Assembly (NCBI RefSeq): GCF_018350175.1
Contig: NC_058369.1
Coordinates: 23,252,001-23,316,000, forward strand
Origin: Felis catus
Taxonomy: Eukaryota
Length of the DNA: 64,000 nucleotides
Direction of reading: 5' to 3'
Part shown: piece after piece, positions 13,415 to 26,039 of the stretch
Layout of the letters: every line of letters starts with the position of its first letter
Position numbering within the stretch: position 1 is the stretch's first letter
Notes under the pieces: model-generated
Told to the model about the DNA's origin: nothing
What the model saw: only the letters and a program-made list of their open reading frames with translations
Databases searched by the model: none
Position numbers and translations under genes: made by a program

Positions 13415-13897
13415 ACAAACATTTATTATCTAATAGTTTCCACGAGTCAGGGATCTGGGTGAAGCTTAACTGGGTCATCAGGCTCAGGGTCTCTCACAAA
13501 GGCTGCAGTCAAGGTACTGGCCCAGGGTCTTTCATGAGGGTGCAGCGAAAATGTTGTTGGGGCTGTGGTCTTATCTGAAGGCTCAGCAAACAGAGGAAAT
13601 GCTTCCGCAGTCACTCATGAGAAGCTTAGCAGCTGGTTGTTGGTCAGCCACCGTCCTGACATCCTCACCATGTGACTGTCTCCACAGGTGTTGACTTTCC
13701 TCAGAACAAGCAGGAGAGAATGAACACAATGGGAGCCAGAGTTTTTTTGTTACTTAGTCCTGGAAGTGATATTCTATGATGTGTACCTCATGTTCTTTTT
13801 GCTAGAACAAGTCACTGGTTCCAGCCCAGCCTCAAGGGGAGGCAGTTCAAAAAGGGCATGAGTACCTTCAAGAATCATCTGAAAAGCTGCCACAACC
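13415..13897. mobile_element. MLT1-family (MaLR) solo LTR, apparently within L2 sequence
   Basis: aaacatttattatct..agtttc..gagtcagggatctggg...ggctcagggtctctcacaaaggctgcagtcaagg is a typical MLT1 signature. L2-like sequence flanks it (to ~14360). Confidence 0.7.
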
Positions 13898-15228
13898 CAC
13901 AGGGTCCTACATGATTGGACTCCTCGTTACCCTCTAACCTCAGCTCCTTCTGCCTCTACTTTTGTTCACTCGGCCACGTTACCTTTACATTGTTCTTCAA
14001 ACACATTAAATGTGCTCGTATGTCAGGGCCTTTGGACCTGCTGTGCCTTCTCCCTGGGACAGTTTCCCTCCAGATATCTTCACCACTGGTTCTATCTTCT
14101 CCTTCCGGCTTCTGCTCAACTATTTTCTGAGGGGATTTCGTGATCACCAAGTATAAAACAGAAACTCTTCCTCTCCCATATCCCCAGTACTCTGTGCCCG
14201 TCATACCTACTTCTCCACCACTTGATGTACATAGATTTTATGTCATTATCTTCTCCTTCTGGGAGATGTTAAGTTCCATGGGGCATATGCTTTATATCTC
14301 TTATTCCCTCCTTCATCTCTGATACTTAGAAAATTGCCTGGCATGCAGAAGGTGCTTAGAAATTTATCAGATTATTTGACTTTGCATTGTTTTGTAACCA
14401 TATTAACTAAACCAGACATACCCCTGACTTTAACTGATTTGGTGCTTATTGCTCGCACTTGAATGGCAGGACTCCACATTTTTCAGTTCTTCTCACATTT
14501 CTCCTCCCCCTTCCCCTTCCCCTTCCCCTTGTTTTTATAATTCATCCCTTGATCAGTTAAAGTAGGTCTTGAGTCATTTTTCTTCAAAAACAATGCATGG
14601 ATGGCATGCTCCCTAAACAGTTGCGTATCTGAGAATTGCAAGCTCAGTCTGGTTCCTTGTTAAGTGTCATTTTTTTGTTTGGTTTCTAGACTTTGGAATA
14701 TTTAATTTTTTCTTTAAAGTTTGAAAATTTTACCAGAATCCATTTGTTTCGTTTATGTGTTTTTTCTCTAATTTATACTGATTGAGACTTTCATGTACCA
14801 GGCAATAAGCTAGACTAACTTTTAATATTTTTTCCATTGATCTCTCTTATAGGAAGCCCTTCTCAATCTATATAATTGGAGTTTTTCTTTAGCTCAGGAA
14901 AGATGTCTTCTCAGATTTTCTTTCCTTCTGTTTGGCAGGTTCGAATCTGTTTATTGGGAAAACCAAGTATCCATATTTTAGTTCTTTACCATTTCTCCTT
15001 CATTTCTATCATCTTCTGGTGCTCTCATCTCTATTTTTTCTTTTGAATTCCAGGAGTGAATATGCCTGTAATAGTGTTCTATATCACTGATTCAGTATGT
15101 CCTAATGTTTCTTCTGTACCTCTGATGGTGACTATGGAAGATTTTATTCATTTATTATTTACTATTATTAGCCATTATTATTTTATTATTTGTCATTATT
15201 TTATGATTGTTTGCAATTATTTACTCCT

Positions 15229-15438
15229 TTTTTTTTAAAGCTTATTTATTTTGAGAGAGAGTACATATGCGCACACAGACAGGGGAGGGGCAGAGAGAGA
15301 GGGGGAGAGAAAGAATCCCAAGCAGGCTTCTGTCAGCAAGGAACCCGACATGGAGCTTGAACCCACAAACTGTGAAATCATGACCTGAGCTGAAATGAAG
15401 AGTCAGACGCTTAACCGACAGAGCCACCCAAGAGCCCC
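15229..15438 (-). mobile_element. Can-SINE
   Basis: T-rich tail, gagagaga body, ends ...gagccacccaagagcccc. Degenerate TSD ctcctt. Confidence 0.93.
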
Positions 15439-15774
15439 TCCTTCTTTTCTTATAAGGGGACTGAATATCCTTGCCTATTGCTAGGTCACTCCCTGTGCCA
15501 TCCTACTGGACACTGTATGATTCTGTGCTCCTTAAGTCTGAACTTAGCCATATGACATCTTGTTGCCAATGGAATGTGAGTGGGTATAATGTACACCAAA
15601 TCCAACCAGAAACTTTAAAAATTGTGCTAGGATATTTTTTGAAATAGATCTTTCGTGCTTCTTCTGCATCTTGTGGGCAATGCTGCCTTTGTTCCTTTTT
15701 AAAAATATCCTTCAGGAGGTTCTGTTTAGGTTTCTTTCTTAGTTTTAATCGCCATTAAAATATGGGATGTTTGC

Positions 15775-15994
15775 AGGATGCCTGGTTGGCTCAGTCAGTT
15801 GAGCATCCAACTTTGGCTCAGGTCATGATCTCACGGTTTGTGAGTTCAAGCCCTGCATCGGGCTCTATGCTGACAGCTTGGAGCCTGGAGTCTGCTTCAG
15901 ATTCTGTGTCTCCCTCTCTCTCTTCCCCTTCTAGGCTCACACTCTGTCTCTCTCTCTCCCAAGAATGAATAAACATTTAAAAAAAATTTTTTTT
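15775..15994 (+). mobile_element. Can-SINE
   Basis: Full body. 17-bp TSD aaatatgggatgtttgc at 15758-15774 and 15995-16011. Confidence 0.95.
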
Positions 15995-17097
15995 AAATAT
16001 GGGATGTTTGCTGATGGACAGAGTGAATGACTTCCCCTCAGGGGTCACTTATTGTTGACTTCAAATCACACCTTGGAGACTAAGATAGAAGGCTAGTTGA
16101 TAGGCACAGCCCCTAAACAAATGTCCAGTGTCTAGGTGTCCTCCATCTAGAGTGGCATTGCAGGACCAGTGAGAGACGCCATGTCCTACTGCCTGGTGAT
16201 CTGACTACTTAGGTAAACCAAAGTCATCTGTAGTTTTCATTCCTTGTAAGAAACAATAGATAAAAGCTATAGCCCCTACATTGTGCTTATCTTATTGTAC
16301 TCTCTTCATTTTATCATCCTATTATATGCTACACTGTTGAGATTCTTCATCTCTAGTGGAGGAAGACAGCAAGGTCTTAATGGCAGGTGTTGTAGGACTT
16401 AAACGTTCTCAGACATCTTATATGGGAGGAAGTGGTTTCTGTCTGGTTTGTGAAGTCCATGTCTCAGAGGAAAGATACCAGAATAAGGATAGGTCGTACA
16501 TAGACTGTCTTCCTTTGCATCCCACTCATCTATCTGATTGGCCATATCTCTGCTTTGGATGTTGGGCATCCCTCCTGGAGGCTTGGATCTCATTGACCTG
16601 TATTCTCAGTTTCTGGATCCTCATAACTTTTCTTCATCTTTGTATTCATGAGCATTTCAATGGGCAACACTTCTTATTAGGCAGCGTCTAATTTCATCAT
16701 TTTCTCAAGTAGCTGCGAGAGAGTGTGGCTGAGTTTCTACATTCCCATTCTAAGAACATCTTTTCCAGCTCAGCAGAGTCATGGGTGATATAAGGACCTT
16801 CATTTTCCTCGGCCTTTTCATCTGATTTACTGGGTCTTGGTGAGACCAGAGTTCTGGCAGTGACACACTGGCTGGTGGATTGGTTTCTTTTCTCTGCCAT
16901 ATTTTAAGGTCAGTGCTAGCAGTGCCAGGAAAGCATCTCAACTGTGACTTCTTCAAACCAGTCACATCCCAGAAAGTGTCCAGATCCTGCATCCAACTTC
17001 CTGCTCCACTACTTACTAATGGTGTGAACTTGAACAAATAATCCAAATCCAGTGATTTTGTTTCTTTATCTGTAATGTGGCAGTAAAATGTCCACAT

Positions 17098-17115
17098 TTT
17101 TTAAGTTTATTTATT

Positions 17116-17172
<57 letters not shown>

Positions 17173-17318
17173 ACAGAGAGAAGGGGAAACAGAGGCTCCA
17201 AAGTAGGCTCTGCACTGAGAGAGAGCAGAGATCTCAATGCAGGGCTCAAACTCACGAACCATGAGATCATGACCTGAACCTAAGTCAGGCTCAACTGACT
17301 GAGCCACCCAGGCGCCCC
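17098..17318 (-). mobile_element. Can-SINE with expanded (GA)n (~17119-17168), inserted in a MIR-like segment
   Basis: Ends ...gagccacccaggcgcccc. Degenerate TSD aaatgtccacat / aaatgcctacat. Confidence 0.93.
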
Positions 17319-18089
17319 AAATGCCTACATGTTTTGGTCAATACGAGGCTTAGAGAAAATGAAGGCATTACACTTGGGAAACAACTGGCACAAATTGGGT
17401 GCTCAATAAAGGTTGAGTGCAGGACTATAATTAATATCATAATGCCATAGTCTGTTATTGTGGTTCACACTGATATTTGATATCAGTTCATATTGATATT
17501 GTGGTTCACACAGAATGCATGAAGAATAATGGGGGTTTGGTTGTATAATCCATGTTAATCCCATGCTCCTGCACCTGCATTTGTCAAGCCAATAATTAAT
17601 TATCTGTGTGACTTTGGAAAAGTCCCATTCCTTTTCCATGCTTCTAGTTCCCATTTGTAAACTAAGGACACAGAACTATATCAGGGTAGAAAACAGGTTT
17701 AATCTTCATTGTTAACTCTAGGTAATCAGTACTGGGGACTGAAAATACAGATTTAAAAGGATTCTGAGGCAGTGGCTGGGCTCAGGAGATAAATTTTCCG
17801 TGATCTATTCTCAATGCCTAACATGGGTAGGGAGGCTGGTCACAGCTATCCCAAATTTGTCAGGTCTAAACTAAATGTTCTCTAGGGATTGTCTCAACTC
17901 CCAATCTTCTAGTTCCTTTTCTGGGTCTTCTTGATGGGCCTTTGTAATTCGTGACATCCTGATAATAAATGGATATTTACTACCAGTGGAGTGAGAAGTT
18001 AAGAATCTGAAAGGAGAGTGGTAGACAATGAAGCCGCTTCTCCAAATGGAAATAGAGTTTCTTTGAGACTTCATTGCAATTAGAGCAAT

Positions 18090-18091
<2 letters not shown>

Positions 18092-18156
<65 letters not shown>

Positions 18157-18175
18157 CAAGCAAGCAAGCAAGCAA
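18092..18175 (+). repeat. Compound tetranucleotide microsatellite (GAAA)16(GCAA)5
   Basis: Directly visible. Confidence 0.95.
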
Positions 18176-18243
18176 GCTTGCCTGGGATTCTCACTCTCCC
18201 TCTTCCTCTGCCCCTTCCCTGCTCGTGAGCATGCACCCTCTCT
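18176..18243 (+). mobile_element. Internal Can-SINE fragment lacking head and poly(A) tail
   Basis: gcttgcctgggattctcactctccctcttcctctgccccttccctgctcg matches the SINEC 3' half. Confidence 0.7.
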
Positions 18244-21200
18244 TGATAGTTCCCTAAAGTTATGCATATAAACCACATCCCAGTGATGCCATGTAGGGTT
18301 TGGAACATCATTTGCTGGTAGGTTTCTGTCCATTAACATTTAGTAATGGATACACTAGTGGGTTTAACCAAACCAGAAAGAGTTATTTCCTGATTTCCAG
18401 TTAAAAGTTATAGGTTTCTAGCAGTCATATAGTTATATTAATGTGTACTACACATAGATTATTTTAGAAATTGATTTATCTACTTCCTTTGATATTTAGG
18501 ATCTAAGACAAGAGTGTCTTATTTCTGGGGTAACTTGGTTAACTCGGGTAATGGGACTGGACTTTTATGAATCTTCAGGAGGAAATCATGTGAATCACTT
18601 TTCAGTCTTGGAATTTTGTGAGGAAGAATAAAACACCCAGTTGTCCACTGGGCAGTTTATCCATCGTAAGCACAACATTCTCCCTGCAAGTCAGGGGTAT
18701 TTGCCTTAATTGTAAAAGCTTTTCAGGTATCAGTTTCCCGCGAGGTCTTCTCTCTCTACAGTTTCTATTTGCAGGCAGGGTCTATTCTTTATACTTCCTT
18801 TTTATATGCCTCACTTCAGACAGCTGTAGCATCCGTTGGGTCCTGCCATTATAAATTTGTGATCTCAGGCAAGACCAAACTCACCAGTCTGTAGTCATAC
18901 GGTTCCACTCAGTATGATGAGAAACAATATTTTAGACGGTTTTCTCAGAATCCATCCATACCATGCATGAATTTTGTCCACAACGTGCCTTTATCAAGGC
19001 TCTATGATAGAAGGGCATTTGTATAGGGGGATTTATGAATATGACAGCAGCAATAAGCAGCTGAAAATAATCTATGAGGCGTTTTCAAATTACCCCTCAT
19101 GAGCTGTAGTCATCGTGAAAGATAATTTGTGGTTCTCACAGAATACCCTGCAAATTGGGTCTTTCATCTGCGATGTTTTTTGTAGTTGAAACATTTCATT
19201 TCTCATATTAGCAAGTGATAACTCTGCATTTGTTAATCTAAACAATTTGATTTATATTTTTCTGTGCTGAGAGGCTGTTGACATTTCAGGGTAAGTAATT
19301 ATTTTCATTGCCAACTGCTGTTTGTGGTGACTGTAGGCAAAAGATCGAAATCTGAATATACATAGGCATTGTTTTAATCATTTGCCTTAAAGACTATTCA
19401 TAAAACAGGAATCTGTTTGCCTGAGTTATCGTCTGTACTTAGAAATCTAGTAGGACATGGGTGTTGATGAGTGAGGATTCTAGCCACATTCAGGGTTTTC
19501 TGCGGCGTATTGGAAGCTCTCTCATGTAACCACTGTGGGTGGGGGATCGGGGTTGACCTGCAGTGTCACCAAACCTCCGGCAGAACACTGTGCACTCGCG
19601 ATCTTAAGTCACAGTGGTGAGAGGAAGCACGTGTTATTGGCCTGGGTACCACCCAGCTTTTGTAACACTTGTTCAAGTATCTCGGAGCTGGTTGCCAGGA
19701 TTACATGACCGATGCTCACAAAAACACCTCTCACCGTGCCTGGTACCTAGTGCAAGCTCTGGAAAGGTTTGGTGAAATTGGGACGACATATGAAAAGATC
19801 TTCTAAATTTCCTTTCTTGTGTTGCCTTCTTGGCCAAGGACTTACAGCCCAGGACAAGGAAGGGCAAGAATGAGTTTTTTCACCTGGAAATAACCACTGT
19901 GTCCTTAGACTGGATGCTTAGCCTTGCCCACTGAAGTGCCTCCCAAGGCAGAGCAGAAAAGAGGCCCCAGGGCTTGGGATGGAGTTGTTGGAACAGCCAG
20001 CTTTCTCTGGGGTCTGTTTTTGATCTTAAAATCCATGATGAGTTTTCAATCTACTTTCAACATATCGAGGTTTATTTTAACATTCAGAAAAAAATTAACA
20101 TCAAAGTTGATACGTGCCCCCACCCCGCTGCCCCCAGAAAATCATTTAGCAAAATTGCTGCTCTAAGAAGATGGTCCATCTTTAGCTTGTGGTATGTGGG
20201 GCCCACACTAGTTGTGAGTCTCTGTGGGCAGGTGTAGATGGCCTCTGTGATGATTAGGGGTGCATAGGTGTGTGTCCTGCAAGGTGGGCTGTGGTAGGTT
20301 CATCCGTATTTCCCTTGGCCTCTTTATACTATTGGCCAATGCTCTGGCTGCATCAGACAGGGAGAAAATAACTCCTGCCTGTGTGGACCTCCCATTCATT
20401 CCAGGTTAGGGAATGGACTACTAATTTAGGATCCAAACTGAGTTTTACATGGCCTGAAGGAGTGAATGTAGAGCCAGTGCCCTGAATGGCAAATGTGTTT
20501 TATCCTTTGAACCAATTCCAATTGATTAGTTCTGGTTGCCTACAGTGCTGTCTTAAGAAGGCATCTGTGTTGCATCAAGGCTCAGCTGGGAGGAGTGCTG
20601 GGATTGATTAGCGATGTCTGTCAAGGCCTCTGGAGGGACAGCTGACCCTATATTTGCCATTCTCTGCTTTTGACATGTCCTTAACTCCTCTCTGTAAAAT
20701 GATTTTAATACTAACAGGTGACTCTAAGTGTGAGATACGGATTCATGAGAGAGAGCAGGTAGATGACATTTTAAGAAAACCTGACATGAGAAAATGCAAA
20801 TTTACAAAATACATAAATCTGGAGCCAATTATTGCCATTACAGAAAGATTCCATGAAAGGTTCCTTTAAATAGCGAGCTCCCCTACTGCACTAAAATGAT
20901 GATTTAATTTACAAAAATTCACTTTGCATGCAACTCTTCAGGACTGTGTCCATGGAGTAAAGCAGGCCACACCTGATTTTTTTAAACCTCGGCCCAAACA
21001 ATATTCAGGATGGCTGCTGCCACCTAACTTGAGTCTCTTGATGATTTCCACTCTCCCCAGACTTCCTTCCTACTTCCTACCCCAGAGTGTTGAGTAGACA
21101 ATCTGGGTGGTGGTCAACAGCTGCTGGCTTCCACCCTGCCACGGCTGCATTTCATTAGTGGGTAAACTGATTGCTCCGAGTATGTTTATGTGTGGGTGTG

Positions 21201-22062
21201 GTTGTACAAGTCTGTGCACTCGGTGCACTATGTATGTAGATACAGATACACACAAGCCATTATCTTGCTCTCAGCCCACCCTAAATTTGTTCCTGCTGTA
21301 AGAGTTATAAATGGAAGGTTCCAATCGCCTGGTGGATACAGCCTTCTGGTAACATGTGCCCTGGATTCCAGCTCCCCATCCTCTTAGTGTTTGTTTATAT
21401 GTTATTTACCCTTGCATCAGAAAACTTCCCCAGACCCTGAGCCTGAGTCCCATTATCCAGACATGGAACCCTCCTCTTCCTCTGTGGCCTCGAAAGCCCC
21501 AAATGGTTTTCTGATTTAGAAAATTAAATATAATCTGACTCTTGTGGCAAGCTATGCAATTCCCAACCAACAGACTCTCCCATTAAATATATAACATGCA
21601 GAACATCTAAAAGTATCACTGATCTCACATGAATTTGAATTATAGAGGCATTCAGTGCCCCTCGGGTAAGATAGCCAGCTTCTTCCCAGGCACTCAAAAT
21701 TGGGCAGTTTTCCAGTGGACCATAAAGCTCCCGGGAATGCTGACTAGTGCGTGTGTTTGAATTTCTGATGCTCTTTAAAGCCACGTAAGTCAGGGAAGAG
21801 TACCTAAGAGGTAGATCTTCCCTTTCGCGGGGTATGGCCTTCCCCCACACAGAGTAACTGCAGTAACTTCTCAGACGCAGAGCACAAGTATTGTCTCTGT
21901 TTCAACATGGTATTTTTAAAATCTCAACATAATTTTTCCCTGGGGATGTTTTTTGTTTTCCTTTTGAAAAAAGCAAAATGAGACAGTCACAGTGAACGCA
22001 TCAGCCCGACTCCACACTTTCTTCTGGCCTAACGTGATTCTTCCTCTTTGAGGTGGAGGCTT

Positions 22063-22496
22063 TCAGGCTTGTGTGAGGTCATGTGGCCCTTTCCCTTCCA
22101 TCTTCACAGGCTCGTCCGTCTGAGCCAAGCGCCCCCCATTGTACTGCGCTGTGACAGCCGCATAGGTACAGCCGTAGATGGCGGCCGCCAGCATCATGAG
22201 ACACACGATCCCACACACAACCCCGGTGATGACGACGGTGGCCACCGCGTGACGCAGGTTAACCGGCCTCGGCTTGGGTTTGAGCTCACATTCCGAGTGG
22301 TCTCGCTGCCCCGTGCTGGGGCTCTCAGGAGACCCGGGGCCCGGCCGGTGGGCAGAACCCAGCTGCTGCACCCCCCATGTCCCCACACCCAGAGAAGGGA
22401 AAGGGCAGGGCTGGTACAGCTCATGAGGGATCTTCAGGAGGTCCTTCCCCTTCCAGGTGTCGGGTGACGCACAGGTGACACTGTCTGTTATTCCCC
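22063..22496 (-). CDS. LRTM1: LRTM1 coding exon 3 (434 coding nt): end of LRRCT, stalk, transmembrane helix, short cytoplasmic tail, stop
   Basis: The ORF 22063-22551 peptide contains GGITDSVTCASPDTWKGKDLL...AVATVVITGVVCGIVCLMMLAAAIYGC. Acceptor ttttgttttttaAAG|. 7+597+434=1038 nt = 345 aa + stop, the recalled LRTM1 length. Confidence 0.97.
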
Positions 22497-25400
22497 CTTT
22501 AAAAAACAAAAGCAAAGGCTGACAACAGAGCCTGGTAGGACTGAATTCCAAAATCCTCAGCCTGCAAAAGCTTAGGTAGATATGATTTATAAAGCACCTT
22601 TTTCCCCATCTTTGGAGTCAAAGGACTTTATAATTTTAGGATTTCTAAGTTGGCTAAATGCTAGAAACGTTACACACTAAATGGGCAATTATGTATGACC
22701 AAGAATTCGTTAGAATCCAAGTCACTGCTACCTGATAAATGATGAGGGAAAAGCCCTGTAGAAGCTGACAAGAAGGGGAACTGGAGGCCAACCTGAGGCA
22801 CAACATGCCTGCCACTCATCACCACCACCCCCCAAAGAACCCCGCCCCACGAGACAGGTACTGTACCAAATTCCCACCAGAAACCTGAAACAACAGGTAA
22901 ATGAAATAAATGTCCTTTGCTGTGATGTTATGTGTTAATTACAAAGACCCCATGTGTCTACCACCTGTCTTCAGTGATGCCAAAAGGGAAGGTCAATGGC
23001 CTTTTGAGTGTTTGTGTGTCTTTGACAGTAATATTAGTTTAATTCATGGGATTAAGTACAATTAATGTGTCTCCTCGGGCCTTGGAACATTCAGTAATTT
23101 GAGTACCGAACTTTCCAGCGTGTTATTAGAGCCAGTTTCCATTCTCTGTAAGGTGATTGATTTCCTCAGGTATATAGACTAGTGTTGTTCAGGGGTGGGG
23201 GGTGGATTTGGGTGCCCAGTAATTGTTTTCTAGAAAGAGCACTGAGCTAACAGATTTCATTCTGGCCACATATGACCACTGATTTACTGTTTGACCTCTG
23301 CAAATTGATTTCTCTGGTTAGATCTTTTGCCATTAAAACACCGTATTTGTATCTGATTTGACAGTTTACAAAGTGCTGCTAGAGAAGTCCTCACAACTGT
23401 GCTCTAATGGGTAATTCTTGTCCAAGGTCACCCAGGCCATAAGTGGGTGGATCAGCACTCAAACCCTGCCCTTCCTCTTGATCCCAGTTTTCCCACTGCA
23501 CTCACAGCCTCTCTCCACCTCCTCCTCCCTTTTCTCCCTCTCCTCTGGAGCCTCTTGAGGTCAGTGGAGTAAACACAATGACCTTCAGTTAGGCCCTTTG
23601 ACCAGTCAGAACTTGGCTTGCATGACCTCAGCTCCCCCAGCTTAGCTCCCCCAGCTGCTATGAACTCCTCCCCCAGGATGGCTGTGAAGCCTGGCACCAC
23701 TCTTGGCCAAGTTAGGTTCTTTGTACACACCACAGGTGGATTATGGAATTATGCGAGAAAAATCACATGCAGGAGATGGTCACTTCAATGTAATTATAAC
23801 CTGTTGCACAGCTTCCATCCATTGTCTGAGTCTCATAAGCAGAGTCCTACAAGGCCCTGTGAGTAGATGGGGCCATTTTGTAGTGCAAGCATTATCATGG
23901 CCCAGGTCACACTGGGATTAGTGGCTATGGCAAAATTCAACCCATACTTTTTGGTCACCTCTGCTTGAAACTGAATGGCCTATGACTAGTGTCTCTTAGG
24001 TCCCTCCTGGCTTCTTCAGTAATCCCCTGAGGCAAAAGCCCCAACTCTAAAGCAAAAAGGTATCAGAAGTATTTCTTCCTTTCCTGAGCTCATATGCAGG
24101 AGGCCAGAGGTACAGGGTGGTTGCTCCTGATGAGCCCTAGGTGCCCTTAGGCTATGCTGAGACTATAGATCCCTGCCTCATGGACCATTTCATGCCTCTG
24201 CCCAGCAACTTGTTATAAGACAGAAGGCCACAGAGACTGAAATGAAGTCTGAGAAGAAGTAATGACATTTAAACTGGCCAAAGAACACTGAGACACCCCC
24301 CAGGGAAAGAAAGGCTGCCAGCCATGGGACCAACAATTCTACCAGCTGACCCATTCTTAGACTGGGGTGGTCCACCCCATCACTCCAGGCTTACACAGTA
24401 TCTTCTCCAGTTTAAAGCTTCCTTATGATCAGTATTAGGGTGGGACTCATGGCCTTGGGACCCAGAGTGCTGAGGAAATACACAGGCTGGAGCCAGGGAC
24501 ATCCTGGAAGTCAGAGGCTATGGCCACCAAGAGCTCCCTGGCCACCTGTGCAGCTGTGTCCTTGGGATTCACCTCCCAGCCTTCCACTACCATCTCCTCA
24601 GCCATGACCCCAAAAGGCAAATCTACTGATGACAGCTTGAGCGTCATCAAGGGAAAGGCCCCCTCCCTTCTAGATTCACAGCAGCTGACAATGCAAGAAG
24701 CTGCAGCTTGCCGAGCCCTCATTATCCCCTATCTGGCCACCGGTAGCTCTTAACCAGTGTCTTGGAAGAAATTGGATTCAGATTTTGAGTCTGTGACTTA
24801 GCTGTGCCACCGTAAGCAAGTACTTGGTCATTCTTTGCCTCTGCTTGCTCATCTGGAAAGTGGGAGGGGAGGGTAATGGTGAAATTCATCTCACAAGATC
24901 ACTCTGAGGTTCAGTTGGGTGAAGTATGTCAAGTATTTAACACAATACCTAACTGTAAATGTTACAGTTAGCTATTGACAAGAAGATGATTTGAATACTC
25001 TTGAATGGAGAGAGAGGAATACAGATTACAAAATCTATGTGCCTCCTTTTGTGAAGGAGATGTTTAGTAGGTTTTCATGAAAGCACATTTTTTGGCTCTT
25101 GAGCCCACAGGAAGGCAAAATTTCCCCGCCCATTGTAGTCAGGTTGGGGACTTAGTTCTGGCCCATGGAAATAATGAATGCCACTTTCAGGCCACAAAAC
25201 CACCTGCTTAATCCTCCATGTGATCTATTCCCACTTGATGGTGACCTTAGAGGCCACGTGGTAAAGTGGCACCATCAGAAGCTGGAAGGGGCTTATGTCC
25301 ATGAACGACTGCATGGGACCCAGCCCCACCTCGCCCCTTGGTTCTAACGAGAGTAAGCAACAGACTTTAATTGTGCTCATCACTGACACGGGTGTCATAT

Positions 25401-26039
25401 CCACCAGCCTGTCCTGACTAATACTGTTAGTGTTTGTATTTATTTATGTAGCCTTTAAAAAATAAGGTCTTGACCAATATCTGTTTTGCTTTATTCAGTA
25501 TCTATTGTTCATGATGCAATCTGAGAATCAGAATGTGCTCCAGGAACTTTCTGGCTTAACTCTGTCAGCTTCCACCTGGTGATGCTGAGAGGTTGGGAGG
25601 GACATTAATGTGCCCAGAGGTCAAAGTTTGTGAGTTTGTGGCAGAGTAGGGGAGCTTTCTTCTAGCCCATGCTGCTTGTAGTATCCTGGACCTGGCAACT
25701 ATCTTTTGTCAAGAAATGTTCTTTGATGAAAACTTTCTTTCTGTGATGGTTTAGTGTATGCTTAGAATTTAGTCAGAACACAATTGCTAAAGCCACTTTG
25801 CCTCTAGGTGTGAAGAGTTTTAATTGCAGCCTTTTATTAGAACGACTTTTGCCACATTGCATGCCCCCTGTTGTAGGTCAACTTGAAGATTATTTGGCTA
25901 GTGATAGGCTATTTGCTGTTATATTGTTGAGAGGGATTCTTAGTTCAGTATTGTATGTCTGAACTCACATTGTGTTCTATCCGCCTTCCCTCTATATGCC
26001 AGCTACAACCATCCAGACTTTTCTGATCCCCTAATTCAT

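Noticed and set aside
17016..18339. ORFs with ERERER, SLSLSL or FFLSFFLS runs (also near 29268, 35302 and 61448)
   Set aside because: Translations of SINE bodies and microsatellites.
22048..22467. 139-aa + strand ORF opposite LRTM1 exon 3
   Set aside because: Antisense shadow of a GC-rich coding exon.
22497..22551. N-terminal extension MEFSPTRLCCQPLLLFFK of the exon 3 ORF
   Set aside because: Intronic polypyrimidine tract upstream of the AAG acceptor.
24949..24971. 10-bp stem hairpin ctaactgtaa-atg-ttacagttag
   Set aside because: Short, located at the end of a MIR remnant, and compatible with chance or a small local template switch.
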